Below, piece after piece: positions 40,436 to 48,911 of a stretch of DNA of 64,000 nt. The notes beneath the pieces are model-generated. The model was not told where the DNA came from. It saw only the letters and a list, made by a program, of their open reading frames with translations, and ran no database searches. Location: the NCBI GenBank assembly GCA_041671225.1, contig JBAZBY010000001.1:827740-891739 (forward strand), written 5' to 3'. The translations under genes were made by a program, and so were the position numbers. Each line of letters begins with the position of its first letter. The stretch's first letter is position 1. Origin of the DNA: Patescibacteria group bacterium (lineage in GTDB: Bacteria; Patescibacteriota; Patescibacteriia; JBAZBY01).

Positions 40436-41547
40436 AGCAACATAAGTTCACGAAATTGATGCCCCCATGTAAAATGAGGCACGACGCTATCACGCGCAGC
40501 ACGACGGAACTGCTCCCGCGGCTCATCTGTCTGCAGGAGTGCGCGCAACCGATCTGCAATGACTTCAACGTTCGTACCATCACCAACAAGATAGCCTGTT
40601 TTATTGTTGCGGACAATTTCTCGCACGCCGCCAAGTTCTGAGGCAATAACAGGGGTGCCGCATGCAAGCGCTTCCACATACACAATGCCAAAACTTTCTG
40701 TATCCGATTTCCCGATCATTCGTGTTGGCATCACAAAGCAATCCGCAGCGGAATACCAATGTCGCTTTTCAGCTACATCGGTCACGTTCCCCAAAAAGCG
40801 AACATGCTGGGCGACGCCCATCTGTTCCGCTAATTGTTCAAGATGCTGGTGTTCTGGACCTTCCCCAAGAAGTATCAGTTCTGCATTTGGAATGTCGCGA
40901 TGTACTGCAGCAAAAGCGCGAATGGTTGTGTCAAAACCTTTGCGAGGTATCAGTCGCCCAATGGAAAGCACAATATGTTTATTGAGCAAATCATTCTCCG
41001 TATAAAAGCGCTTTGGGCGCTCAGGATAATATTCCTCCGAATCAATACCCGGAGAAATGATGTGTATATGCTCGCGTTCAACTCCGGCGCGCTGCGCCGC
41101 TCCCGCAAGGAAGCTGCCATTTGCAATACAATATTCAGCGCGACGTAGGATCTTTTTACGCAGAAAAGACTTGAAGGGATATCTGCTCCACTGAAAAAAA
41201 TCAACCCCGTGCAAAAATGTCGACCAAGGAATATGCAACAGCATTGCAACCAAGGCAATGCCTGGTGCATAAGGAGCAAAATGCCCAAGAACGATATGTT
41301 CTACTCCTTCGTTACGAAGTATTTTTTTTAACTTCCAAACAAACGGTAACCATGCTGGAAACATCGGGCGAGCCGAAAAAAACGGAATCGTGTAAACCTG
41401 TACATTTTTTGGAAGTTGTCCGCTTGGTTTTTTTGGAGTAATAAGAACAAGCTCGCCCGGATACGCCTGCACGAACTTCTGAAGATACAATTCAATACCT
41501 CCAACTTGCGGAGGAAAAAAAGCCGTGATGAGCGCGATTTTTTTCAT
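40420..41547 (-). CDS. GT4-family glycosyltransferase
   Basis: MKKIALITAFFPPQVGGIE and a C-terminal GT4 nucleotide-sugar-binding region. ATG at 41547 overlaps the flippase stop (ATGA). Confidence 0.8.
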   Translation of the reverse strand: MKKIALITAFFPPQVGGIELYLQKFVQAYPGELVLITPKKPSGQLPKNVQVYTIPFFSARPMFPAWLPFVWKLKKILRNEGVEHIVLGHFAPYAPGIALVAMLLHIPWSTFLHGVDFFQWSRYPFKSFLRKKILRRAEYCIANGSFLAGAAQRAGVEREHIHIISPGIDSEEYYPERPKRFYTENDLLNKHIVLSIGRLIPRKGFDTTIRAFAAVHRDIPNAELILLGEGPEHQHLEQLAEQMGVAQHVRFLGNVTDVAEKRHWYSAADCFVMPTRMIGKSDTESFGIVYVEALACGTPVIASELGGVREIVRNNKTGYLVGDGTNVEVIADRLRALLQTDEPREQFRRAARDSVVPHFTWGHQFRELMLLWENE

Positions 41548-43013
41548 AAAGACTTCCGCATAAAAAGTCTTCGAAAAAGTGCAACAGACTCGCGTGCTTC
41601 CTGCCCACCAAACAACAACCACAGCATCGCATAACTCACGATGCCCACCAAAACAACAAATGGGAAGCTCAAAAATGACTTCACAAGAAGTATGATAAGC
41701 GCCATGCCTGCACCGGCGAATGCTGTGCGTAGAAAGCCAGAAAGCAGTCTCATGCGCTGCAAGGGCATAACCTTATGCGCTGAATAAGCATTGAGGAGAA
41801 ACAACGCTATAGCGGTTGCAAGCAGTGCAATGCTGGTGCCAATATGCTGATACAAAGGAACAAGAATGAGATTTAAAGTAACATTGATAACAACAATGAT
41901 GCCGAGATTGAATGTATTTCTTTTTTGTGCATTCGCCGCATTGAGGTATGAAGAAAAAATGACATTCACGAACATAAAGAACAATGCAAAAGCGATGATT
42001 TGCAGCGCAAAAATTGATTCATTGTACGCGTCAGAGAGTATGGGAATGATCCTATCCGCCAACACAACAATTCCAGCTGTAAGTGGAAATGCGATACTTG
42101 CGAGAAAGAACATGACGCGCGCAAAGAGACGCCGAAATTGTCCAGGATCAGAAACAAAAAATGTACTAAGGGCTGGGTAGACGCTGTTATTAAACGCAAT
42201 GGGAATGAACTGAATTGCAAGAAGTATTTTGTTTGCCGCGGAGTACCACCCGACATGCACATCGGTGGCAAAAAGAGAGAGAATCACGACATCAATAAAA
42301 GCATAAATACGCGTGAATATGCCGGCAATAAGAAACGGCCAGAGCAATTGAATGAGAAACGTGAGTGTCTTCGTTTGATGAGCAAGTGAAAAAGTAATTT
42401 TATGCTTTTTCCATAATGCGATAAGTGCATAAAGAAAATTTACTCCAGCACCAAACAATAATGAAAGAGCGGGTATGTAAACACTCTGCGTAATTTGCAT
42501 TGCAATAACACCAAAGGCAACAGCAAAAAATTGAAATAACGTGGAACCAATTGCTTCATGTTTCAAATTCTGAAAACCGCGAAACACTCCATAGAGTGAC
42601 AGTGTCAGTGATTCAAGGATCGTAATACCACCAGCAAAAAAAATGAGTTGACGCGTAAGTGCATTATAGTTACCTGAGAGTACGTAGACAAAAATGACCA
42701 GCGCAAGATAGGTAATGATTGAGAAAAAAATCTTTATCCAGAGAATATTCGAAAGTAATTCCTGTGCCCGTTCCTTTGCGCGGGATACCTCTCGAATAAG
42801 AATCGGTGAGAAACCAAGGTCAATAAAAATGCCAAACAACGTCGCCAGTGAGATTGCGGTCACGAGTTTCCCTGTATCCCCTGGTCCAAGTACGCGCGCG
42901 TAGTAAATAAAAAAACCAAAAGAGAGCGCCTTCTGTATGATAAAGGCTACCGTGAGATACCCCGTGTTCCTCGCGATCCGAACGCCCCCCTGGTCAGCCG
43001 CGTCGGTAGGCAT
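41544..43013 (-). CDS. Polysaccharide flippase (Wzx/MOP-superfamily)
   Basis: About 14 TM helices, 489 aa. Composition matches polysaccharide-biosynthesis PF01943-type proteins. Confidence 0.7.
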   Translation of the reverse strand: MPTDAADQGGVRIARNTGYLTVAFIIQKALSFGFFIYYARVLGPGDTGKLVTAISLATLFGIFIDLGFSPILIREVSRAKERAQELLSNILWIKIFFSIITYLALVIFVYVLSGNYNALTRQLIFFAGGITILESLTLSLYGVFRGFQNLKHEAIGSTLFQFFAVAFGVIAMQITQSVYIPALSLLFGAGVNFLYALIALWKKHKITFSLAHQTKTLTFLIQLLWPFLIAGIFTRIYAFIDVVILSLFATDVHVGWYSAANKILLAIQFIPIAFNNSVYPALSTFFVSDPGQFRRLFARVMFFLASIAFPLTAGIVVLADRIIPILSDAYNESIFALQIIAFALFFMFVNVIFSSYLNAANAQKRNTFNLGIIVVINVTLNLILVPLYQHIGTSIALLATAIALFLLNAYSAHKVMPLQRMRLLSGFLRTAFAGAGMALIILLVKSFLSFPFVVLVGIVSYAMLWLLFGGQEARESVALFRRLFMRKSL

Positions 43014-43016
43014 ACC

Positions 43017-43460
43017 CTAACGCTTCTGCCATTGTGGCGCGCGTCGCGCCCGCTTCAATCCGTATTTCTTCCGTTCCTTGACGCGTGCGTCTCGGGTAAG
43101 ATATCCGACTTTTTTGAGTGTCGGCCGCGCTTCTGGATCCACGCCAATAAGTGCGCGGGCAATGCCATGGCGAATGCACTCTGCCTGTCCCCTTACGCCA
43201 CCACCAACGACGCGGACGGTGATTTTCCCTTTTTTATGACCACCCATTGCTTCCAGTGATCCCAATACAATCTGCTGATATCGTTCAAATGGAAAATACT
43301 CCGCGAGCGGCTTGTTATTAACAATAATCTCCGCCGGCTCCTTTTCATAAATACGCACTCGAGCAACTGCCGACTTGCGGCGACCAACGGCATAAACATA
43401 CCCGCGGCGCGAACGCTTTGCTGGTGCAATGGATTCTTTGATTGATTTTGCAGCTGTCAT
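43017..43460 (-). CDS. rpsI: 30S ribosomal protein S9
   Basis: GRRKSAVARV...KKYGLKRARRAPQ..KR. Confidence 0.95.
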   Translation of the reverse strand: MTAAKSIKESIAPAKRSRRGYVYAVGRRKSAVARVRIYEKEPAEIIVNNKPLAEYFPFERYQQIVLGSLEAMGGHKKGKITVRVVGGGVRGQAECIRHGIARALIGVDPEARPTLKKVGYLTRDARVKERKKYGLKRARRAPQWQKR

Positions 43461-43825
43461 TATTTCACGATCAAATTCTTGATAAGTTCCGCCCGCAAAC
43501 GATTTACAGGAAGCATTTTACGAACAGCATCACGCAATACCCGTTCCGGATTCTTCGCCCATCGATCCTTTAACTGCGTCTTCTTAAGACCGCCAGGATA
43601 ACCAGAATAGCGTGTGTATATTTTCTGCTCCATTTTTTTCCCGGTGAACCGGATCTGATCAAGGTTCACTACCTCAACCTTCACGCGGGGGTTCGTATTC
43701 GGTGAAAAAGAAGTAAGATGTTTGCCACGCAGATGATGTGCAACCTCAGTTGCCACACGTCCAAAAGAACGTTTTGCTGCATCAATGGTGATAAGTTCTT
43801 GCTGTGCCATGTTATACAAATTCAA
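43460..43825 (-). CDS. rplM: 50S ribosomal protein L13
   Basis: Full-length L13 match. Confidence 0.95.
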   Translation of the reverse strand: MNLYNMAQQELITIDAAKRSFGRVATEVAHHLRGKHLTSFSPNTNPRVKVEVVNLDQIRFTGKKMEQKIYTRYSGYPGGLKKTQLKDRWAKNPERVLRDAVRKMLPVNRLRAELIKNLIVK

Positions 43826-44162
43826 GTTTTACCTGCCCCGCACCGTCGCCCTTGCGTGATGTCAATTTTGTCATGCGGGTATAGCCTCCCTTACGCTCTT
43901 TATACTGCGGTGAAAGTTTTTCAAGGAGTATATCAACTGGTTTTTTTGTCGGGAGAAAAGCGAGAAGCTGGCGTCGATTGTGAAGACTTGGATCACGGCC
44001 AATCGTAATCAGACGCTCTGTCTTGCTCCGCACCAGTTTTGCCTTTGCCGGTGTTGTCACAATAGATCCATGCACGATAAAAGATTGCACTAAATTCTTC
44101 AGCAAAGCCCTGCGAGGGCCTGATTTCCGAGAAAGGGCTTTCTTTGTGCTTCGGTGACGCAT
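43812..44162 (-). CDS. rplQ: 50S ribosomal protein L17
   Basis: MRHRSTKKALSRKSGPRRALLKNL. Confidence 0.95.
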   Translation of the reverse strand: MRHRSTKKALSRKSGPRRALLKNLVQSFIVHGSIVTTPAKAKLVRSKTERLITIGRDPSLHNRRQLLAFLPTKKPVDILLEKLSPQYKERKGGYTRMTKLTSRKGDGAGQVKLEFV

Positions 44163-44164
44163 TG

Positions 44165-44947
44165 TTAGGCTTTCTTTACTTCAGGGGCTTCGTCCGCAGC
44201 GATATCCGCAGAAACGTCAGAAGAAGCGGATTTTTTTTGTGTACTCTGCTTCTTTGGGCCTTTCTTCACAATCATGAAATGATCAACAAGCATACTCGAT
44301 GCCTCCTCCATTGCCTCTTTTGGTGAAAGAGAACCATCTGTGGTAACAGAAATGGTGAGACGATCAAAGTTTGTTATCTTGCCAACACGAACGTGCTCAA
44401 CGTCATAGTTAACGGTACGAATTGGTGTAAAAATTGAATCAATAGCAATGCGTCCGATCTCGTTTGATTCTTCATCATCCTCTTCGCGCGCCTCAACAGG
44501 AACATACCCGCGCCCCATACCAACCGTCACTTCCATAATGAATTCCTTTGCATCACTGGTCAGTGTCGCAATAGGCTGATCGGCATTCATAACCTCAACC
44601 TGCGAATTCTTCTCAAAATCCTTTGCTGTCACAATTTTTTTGCCCTTTGCTTTAAGCGTAAGGGTTGCACTATCCGTATCATTCAATTTGAGACGAACTG
44701 ACTTCAAGTTCAGAAGAATGTTGACCGCGTCTTCCTTCACGCCCTCTATGGCTGTGAATTCGTGATCAACACCTTCAATCTTCACTGAGGTGATTGCCGC
44801 ACCGGGCAATGAAGAAAGTAAAACGCGCCGAAGGGCATTGCCGATCGTAACCCCGTAACCAGGGTAGCATGGCTCGAGTACAAAAGTACCCTCGCTCTTG
44901 GTGCTCTTCTCTTCGATGAAATTTTGTGGGAGTGGGAATGAGTCCAT
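44165..44947 (-). CDS. rpoA: DNA-directed RNA polymerase alpha subunit, N-terminal domain only (no alpha-CTD)
   Basis: Alpha-NTD motifs (LEPCYPGYGVTIGNALRRVLLSSLPGAAI). The 260-aa protein ends in a K/S/A-rich tail and lacks the HhH alpha-CTD. Confidence 0.9.
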   Translation of the reverse strand: MDSFPLPQNFIEEKSTKSEGTFVLEPCYPGYGVTIGNALRRVLLSSLPGAAITSVKIEGVDHEFTAIEGVKEDAVNILLNLKSVRLKLNDTDSATLTLKAKGKKIVTAKDFEKNSQVEVMNADQPIATLTSDAKEFIMEVTVGMGRGYVPVEAREEDDEESNEIGRIAIDSIFTPIRTVNYDVEHVRVGKITNFDRLTISVTTDGSLSPKEAMEEASSMLVDHFMIVKKGPKKQSTQKKSASSDVSADIAADEAPEVKKA

Positions 44948-44967
44948 ATAACGTGACGTATTCTTGT

Positions 44968-45573
44968 TTAGCGGGAATAAAATTCCACAATCCGCTGCGC
45001 TTCGATCTCCCTAGGAAGATCGTCCTGCTGCGGAACCGCGGTGACCTCCGCGGTATAACCGTCTTTTAATTGAATCCAACTTGGCGTCTTTTGTTCTTCA
45101 AGTGCTTTTGCGCGATCGACAAATTCCGGGCGTTGCTGCACTTTTTCCTTAAGGGTAATGGTATCACCTGGCCGTAATGTGTATGAAGGGACATCAACCT
45201 TGCGGCCATTGACCTTCACTTGTCCATGATTGACCATCTGACGGGCATGTGCCCGTGTCTTTGCCCACCCGGCACGATACACGCCATTATCAAGACGTTG
45301 CTCAAGTAAACGCAAAAGATTTGTTCCTGTCTCACCTTCTTGAACAAGCGCCTTACCATAATAAGAACGGAACTGGCGCTCTAATATGCCATAGATATAA
45401 CGCGTCTTCTGCTTCTCGCGAAGTTGCATGCCATATTCAGACTGACGTCGTTGCCGCTTCTGACCATGCTGTCCAGGCGGATAGTTGCGTCGTGAAAATG
45501 CTTTATCATTGCCGAAGAGCGGTTCTCCGAACCGGCGGCTAATTTTTGTGCGTGGCCCTGTATATCGTCCCAT
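44968..45573 (-). CDS. rpsD: 30S ribosomal protein S4
   Basis: MGRYTGPRTKISRRFGEPL. Confidence 0.95.
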   Translation of the reverse strand: MGRYTGPRTKISRRFGEPLFGNDKAFSRRNYPPGQHGQKRQRRQSEYGMQLREKQKTRYIYGILERQFRSYYGKALVQEGETGTNLLRLLEQRLDNGVYRAGWAKTRAHARQMVNHGQVKVNGRKVDVPSYTLRPGDTITLKEKVQQRPEFVDRAKALEEQKTPSWIQLKDGYTAEVTAVPQQDDLPREIEAQRIVEFYSR

Positions 45574-45576
45574 AAG

Positions 45577-46086
45577 CTAAACGCGACGTACTTTCTTTGG
45601 ACGGGGCCCATTGTGTGGCATGGGCGTGATGTCCTTAATAAGATTAATCGTAACTCCGTTAACATGAAGCGCGCGTATCGCAGCTTCACGTCCAGAACCC
45701 ACTCCTTGTACAAAAACATCGACTTCCTTCAGTCCTGTATCAGCAAGCTTTTCCATAACGTCGCGAACAACAACACCAGCGGCATACGGAGTTGATTTTT
45801 TTGGACCCTTAAAGCCAACCTTGCCCGCAGAAGACCACGCAAGTACGTCACCATTCGGATCAGTAATGCTTACGATGGTATTATTATAGCTTGCAAGAAT
45901 ATGTGCATGTCCCAACGGAACCACGCGACGCTTCTTCTTGCCCTTCTTACTGCGGCGACGATCAGAACTTGCAACCTCTGCTGCCGACTTTGTCGTCGAA
46001 GCAGATCCGGCTTTACCGGGCTTCTGCTTCGTAACAGCTTCTGTTACTTCTGGCTTTGTTGCTTTTTCCTGTGCTTCTTCGGTCAT
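45577..46086 (-). CDS. rpsK: 30S ribosomal protein S11 with ~45-aa basic N-terminal extension
   Basis: S11 core GHAHILASYNNTIVSITDPNGDVLAWSSAG, preceded by a K/A/T-rich extension. Confidence 0.9.
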   Translation of the reverse strand: MTEEAQEKATKPEVTEAVTKQKPGKAGSASTTKSAAEVASSDRRRSKKGKKKRRVVPLGHAHILASYNNTIVSITDPNGDVLAWSSAGKVGFKGPKKSTPYAAGVVVRDVMEKLADTGLKEVDVFVQGVGSGREAAIRALHVNGVTINLIKDITPMPHNGPRPKKVRRV

Positions 46087-46089
46087 AGA

Positions 46090-46482
46090 TTATGTCTTCT
46101 CAGCAGCCTTACGTTTCCCAGATCCCATTGTGTGGCGAGTATTACCACGTACGGTGCGAGAGTTAGTGCGAGTACGCTGTCCATGCGAAGGAAGTCCCTT
46201 TGTGTGGCGCGTACCGCGATAGCTATTAATTTCCTTCAAACGTTTAATATTTGTCAGTACTTCACGCTTCAAATCACCTTCAACGCGAAAATTCTTTTCA
46301 ATATAGGTGCGGAGATCATTGACTTCTTTTTCAGAAAGATCTTTCGTCCTCGTGTCCGCATGAATCTTTGTTTCTGCGAGAACATGCTGCGCGCGAGTAA
46401 GACCAATACCAAAAATTGCTCGTAGTGCTGCCTCAATGCGCTTTTCTTGTGGGAGTGTTACTCCAGAAATACGAACTGCCAT
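46090..46482 (-). CDS. rpsM: 30S ribosomal protein S13
   Basis: MAVRISGVTLPQEKRIEAALRAIFGIG. Confidence 0.95.
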   Translation of the reverse strand: MAVRISGVTLPQEKRIEAALRAIFGIGLTRAQHVLAETKIHADTRTKDLSEKEVNDLRTYIEKNFRVEGDLKREVLTNIKRLKEINSYRGTRHTKGLPSHGQRTRTNSRTVRGNTRHTMGSGKRKAAEKT

Positions 46483-46485
46483 ATA

Positions 46486-46602
46486 TTAACCTTGGCGCTG
46501 CTTATGTTTTGGATTGGCCGGACAAATAACCCATACACGACCCTTCCGTCGTATAACCTTACAACTTTTGCAAATGGGTTTTGCGGATGCACGAACTTTC
46601 AT
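46486..46602 (-). CDS. rpmJ: 50S ribosomal protein L36
   Basis: Not in the ORF track because it is under 60 aa. Hand translation of the minus strand gives [38 protein letters not shown], a textbook L36 with the C-x2-C...C-x4-H zinc ribbon. Confidence 0.85.
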   Translation of the reverse strand: MKVRASAKPICKSCKVIRRKGRVWVICPANPKHKQRQG

Positions 46603-46607
46603 AGTGT

Positions 46608-46913
46608 TTATTGACGATACGTAATGCGGCCCTTCGTGAGGTCATAGGGTGAAAACTCCACGGTAACGCCATCCTCTGGAAGAATACGGATACGAAACAT
46701 ACGCATTTTTCCGGAAAGATGACACAAAACCTCATGACCATTTTCTAGCTCCACTTTGAACGTTGTGTTCGGCAGAAGCTCTTTTACGACCCCCTGCATT
46801 TCAATGAAACCCTTTTTATTGGTCCGAGGACCAGACGGCTCCGGGGCTGCCTTTGGTTCCTCGTTGTTTTGTTGCTGTTGATTATGTCGCTTGCGACGGT
46901 AAAATTGAGCCAT
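46608..46913 (-). CDS. infA: Translation initiation factor IF-1 with ~30-aa Q/K-rich N-terminal extension
   Basis: [35 protein letters not shown]...[12 protein letters not shown] matches IF-1. ATG at 46913 chosen; the track's TTG start at 46934 falls inside the upstream hairpin. Confidence 0.85.
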   Translation of the reverse strand: MAQFYRRKRHNQQQQNNEEPKAAPEPSGPRTNKKGFIEMQGVVKELLPNTTFKVELENGHEVLCHLSGKMRMFRIRILPEDGVTVEFSPYDLTKGRITYRQ

Positions 46914-46950
46914 AAAAAACCGATGCGTTCTCAAGAACGTGTACGCATCG
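46914..46950 (-). terminator. Terminator-like hairpin plus U-tract abutting the infA start codon (alaS terminator and/or leader attenuator)
   Basis: Minus strand: CGAUGCGU-acacguucuugaga-ACGCAUCG GUUUUUU, followed directly by AUG. Confidence 0.45.
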
Positions 46951-47009
46951 CGTGCGATAAATAAAGCTGCTGCGTACCGATTCTAGACAAAGTCTTGAGG
47001 TGCCTGAGC

Positions 47010-47037
47010 AGTATACCAAAAGCCATTTCCCTGTCAA
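47010..47037 (-). promoter_or_regulatory. Strong sigma-70-type promoter heading infA-rpmJ-rpsM-rpsK-rpsD-rpoA-rplQ
   Basis: Minus strand: TTGACA-17nt-TATACT. The -35 box overlaps the alaS stop codon. Confidence 0.5.
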
Positions 47038-48911
47038 GTTGGCAAGTCCTCTGGAATGGCACTTTCGATCGTATCTTCTACAATCGCCTTAATTCTGCGA
47101 ATTCCTGCAGCATTTGACTTCTCTGAAAGCAAAACAAACTTTCCAATCTGCGCAGTATGTGCAACATGCGGACCACCACAGAGCTCCTTCGAAAAATCCC
47201 CAATTGAATACACGCTTGAGGTTTCTCCATACTTCTCTCGAAAGAAGGAAAGTGCCCCTGATGCAAGAGCCTTTTCTGTCTCTAGTGTTTCCTTTTGGAC
47301 CTCAAGATCTTCCTGTATCTTCTCATTAACAAGGGATTCAACTTGCTGGCGTTCCTCATCAGTTAATTTCTTTGGATGTGTAAAATCAAAGCGTAAGCGT
47401 TCCGGTGTGATGTCTGAACCACTTTGGCGCACATGATCACCAAGTATGGCGCGCAACGCCTGGTGCAAAAGATGCGTTGCGGTATGCTGCCGCGTAATGC
47501 GCCACACATCTTCTTTTGACCGGTCATCTAGGCTAAAGCCTCCATGAAGACCATGCCCACCAAATTTTTTCTCTTGACCTTTTTTTGAAATCTCTTTGTG
47601 CTCATCAACAAGCTTCTGCACGGCAGACATATCAAAGATATAGCCCTTGCGCGTCAATCGCTCTAGCGAAAAACCATATGTCGTATAAAGTTGAAAAACT
47701 TTTTCTGGCGTTAGCTTGCGTGGCGCCGGCTCATGATGACCTTCTATTGCAGCGGGCACGCCTTCTGCGGAATCCAATTTCCTAAGTAGCTTCTCAATAT
47801 CAGTATTCAAAATTTTTGTATAGGCTGCCAGCTCTTGTTTTGCGCGCTCAAAAACATTCCGTTGCGTATTTTTTAGGTGTGGGTAAACCTCACTGTATGT
47901 TGCAAAAACTTCACGAAAAAGTGCGGGGATCGTTTGCGTAGCATTATCGCACTGATCCAAAGCGCGACGATAAATGCGACGTAAGATATACCCCTGATCC
48001 TTGTTGGAAAAATCCACTCCATCGGCAAGAAGAAAAACCGTTCCACGCATATGATCCATGATAATCCGTTCGGATGTTTCCTTCTCTGCATGGGAAAGTC
48101 CTTCGAATGTCTCATGCTTATGAATGGCACCATGCAATGTGTGATAAAGGTCAGTCTCATAGACTGAATTTTTTCCCTGCATTACCATGACCAAGCGCTC
48201 CAACCCCATGCCGGTATCGATATTCTTTGTCTTCATCTCTGTGAATACGCCTTTTGTGTCCTGTTCATATTCAGTAAAGACCAAATTCCATAATTCAAGA
48301 AAACGACCGGTATCACTATTTGGCCCATCATCCTTCTTCTCATCAACAACTCTACCAGTGAGATCATAATGGAGCTCGCTCGATGGCCCGCATGGGCCAG
48401 AATCTCCGGTGGGGCCCCACCAATTCTCAGCGCGTCCAAAGGCAAGAATGCGCTTCTTTGGGAGATGCTTCAGCCAGGCTTTTTCGGCGACTTCATCGCG
48501 TGGGGCATTTGCATCACCTTCAAAAATCGTCGCCCAAAATCTCTCCTTTGGTAATTTCATGATTTTTGTCATGAACTCCCACGCAAAATCGATCGCCTCT
48601 TCCTTGAAGTAATCATTCACGGAAAAATTTCCAAGCATTTCAAAGAATGTCAGGTGGCTTTCATCTCCGACGGAATCAAGATCGGCGGTACGGAAGCAGC
48701 GCTGTACGCTTGTTAATGCTTTACTTCCAAAATCCTTCTCTGCATCTTTGATGCCAAGAAAATATGACTTAAACTGCTGCATACCCGCCGAAGTCAACAA
48801 AACGCTCGGGTCATCATGTGCCGGCACAAGGGATGAAGACGGCACGCGTCTGTGCTTCTTTTCTTCAAAATAAGTGAGGAATGCCTCGCGAATCTCGGTT
48901 GCTTTCTTCAT
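47034..48911 (-). CDS. alaS: Alanyl-tRNA synthetase, compact form (catalytic + editing domains; no C-Ala domain)
   Basis: N-terminal AlaRS motifs (FLTYFEEKKHRRVPSSSLVP, DPSVLLTSAGM). Editing-domain HTATHLLHQAL and CGGPHV motifs. 625 aa. Confidence 0.9.
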   Translation of the reverse strand: MKKATEIREAFLTYFEEKKHRRVPSSSLVPAHDDPSVLLTSAGMQQFKSYFLGIKDAEKDFGSKALTSVQRCFRTADLDSVGDESHLTFFEMLGNFSVNDYFKEEAIDFAWEFMTKIMKLPKERFWATIFEGDANAPRDEVAEKAWLKHLPKKRILAFGRAENWWGPTGDSGPCGPSSELHYDLTGRVVDEKKDDGPNSDTGRFLELWNLVFTEYEQDTKGVFTEMKTKNIDTGMGLERLVMVMQGKNSVYETDLYHTLHGAIHKHETFEGLSHAEKETSERIIMDHMRGTVFLLADGVDFSNKDQGYILRRIYRRALDQCDNATQTIPALFREVFATYSEVYPHLKNTQRNVFERAKQELAAYTKILNTDIEKLLRKLDSAEGVPAAIEGHHEPAPRKLTPEKVFQLYTTYGFSLERLTRKGYIFDMSAVQKLVDEHKEISKKGQEKKFGGHGLHGGFSLDDRSKEDVWRITRQHTATHLLHQALRAILGDHVRQSGSDITPERLRFDFTHPKKLTDEERQQVESLVNEKIQEDLEVQKETLETEKALASGALSFFREKYGETSSVYSIGDFSKELCGGPHVAHTAQIGKFVLLSEKSNAAGIRRIKAIVEDTIESAIPEDLPT

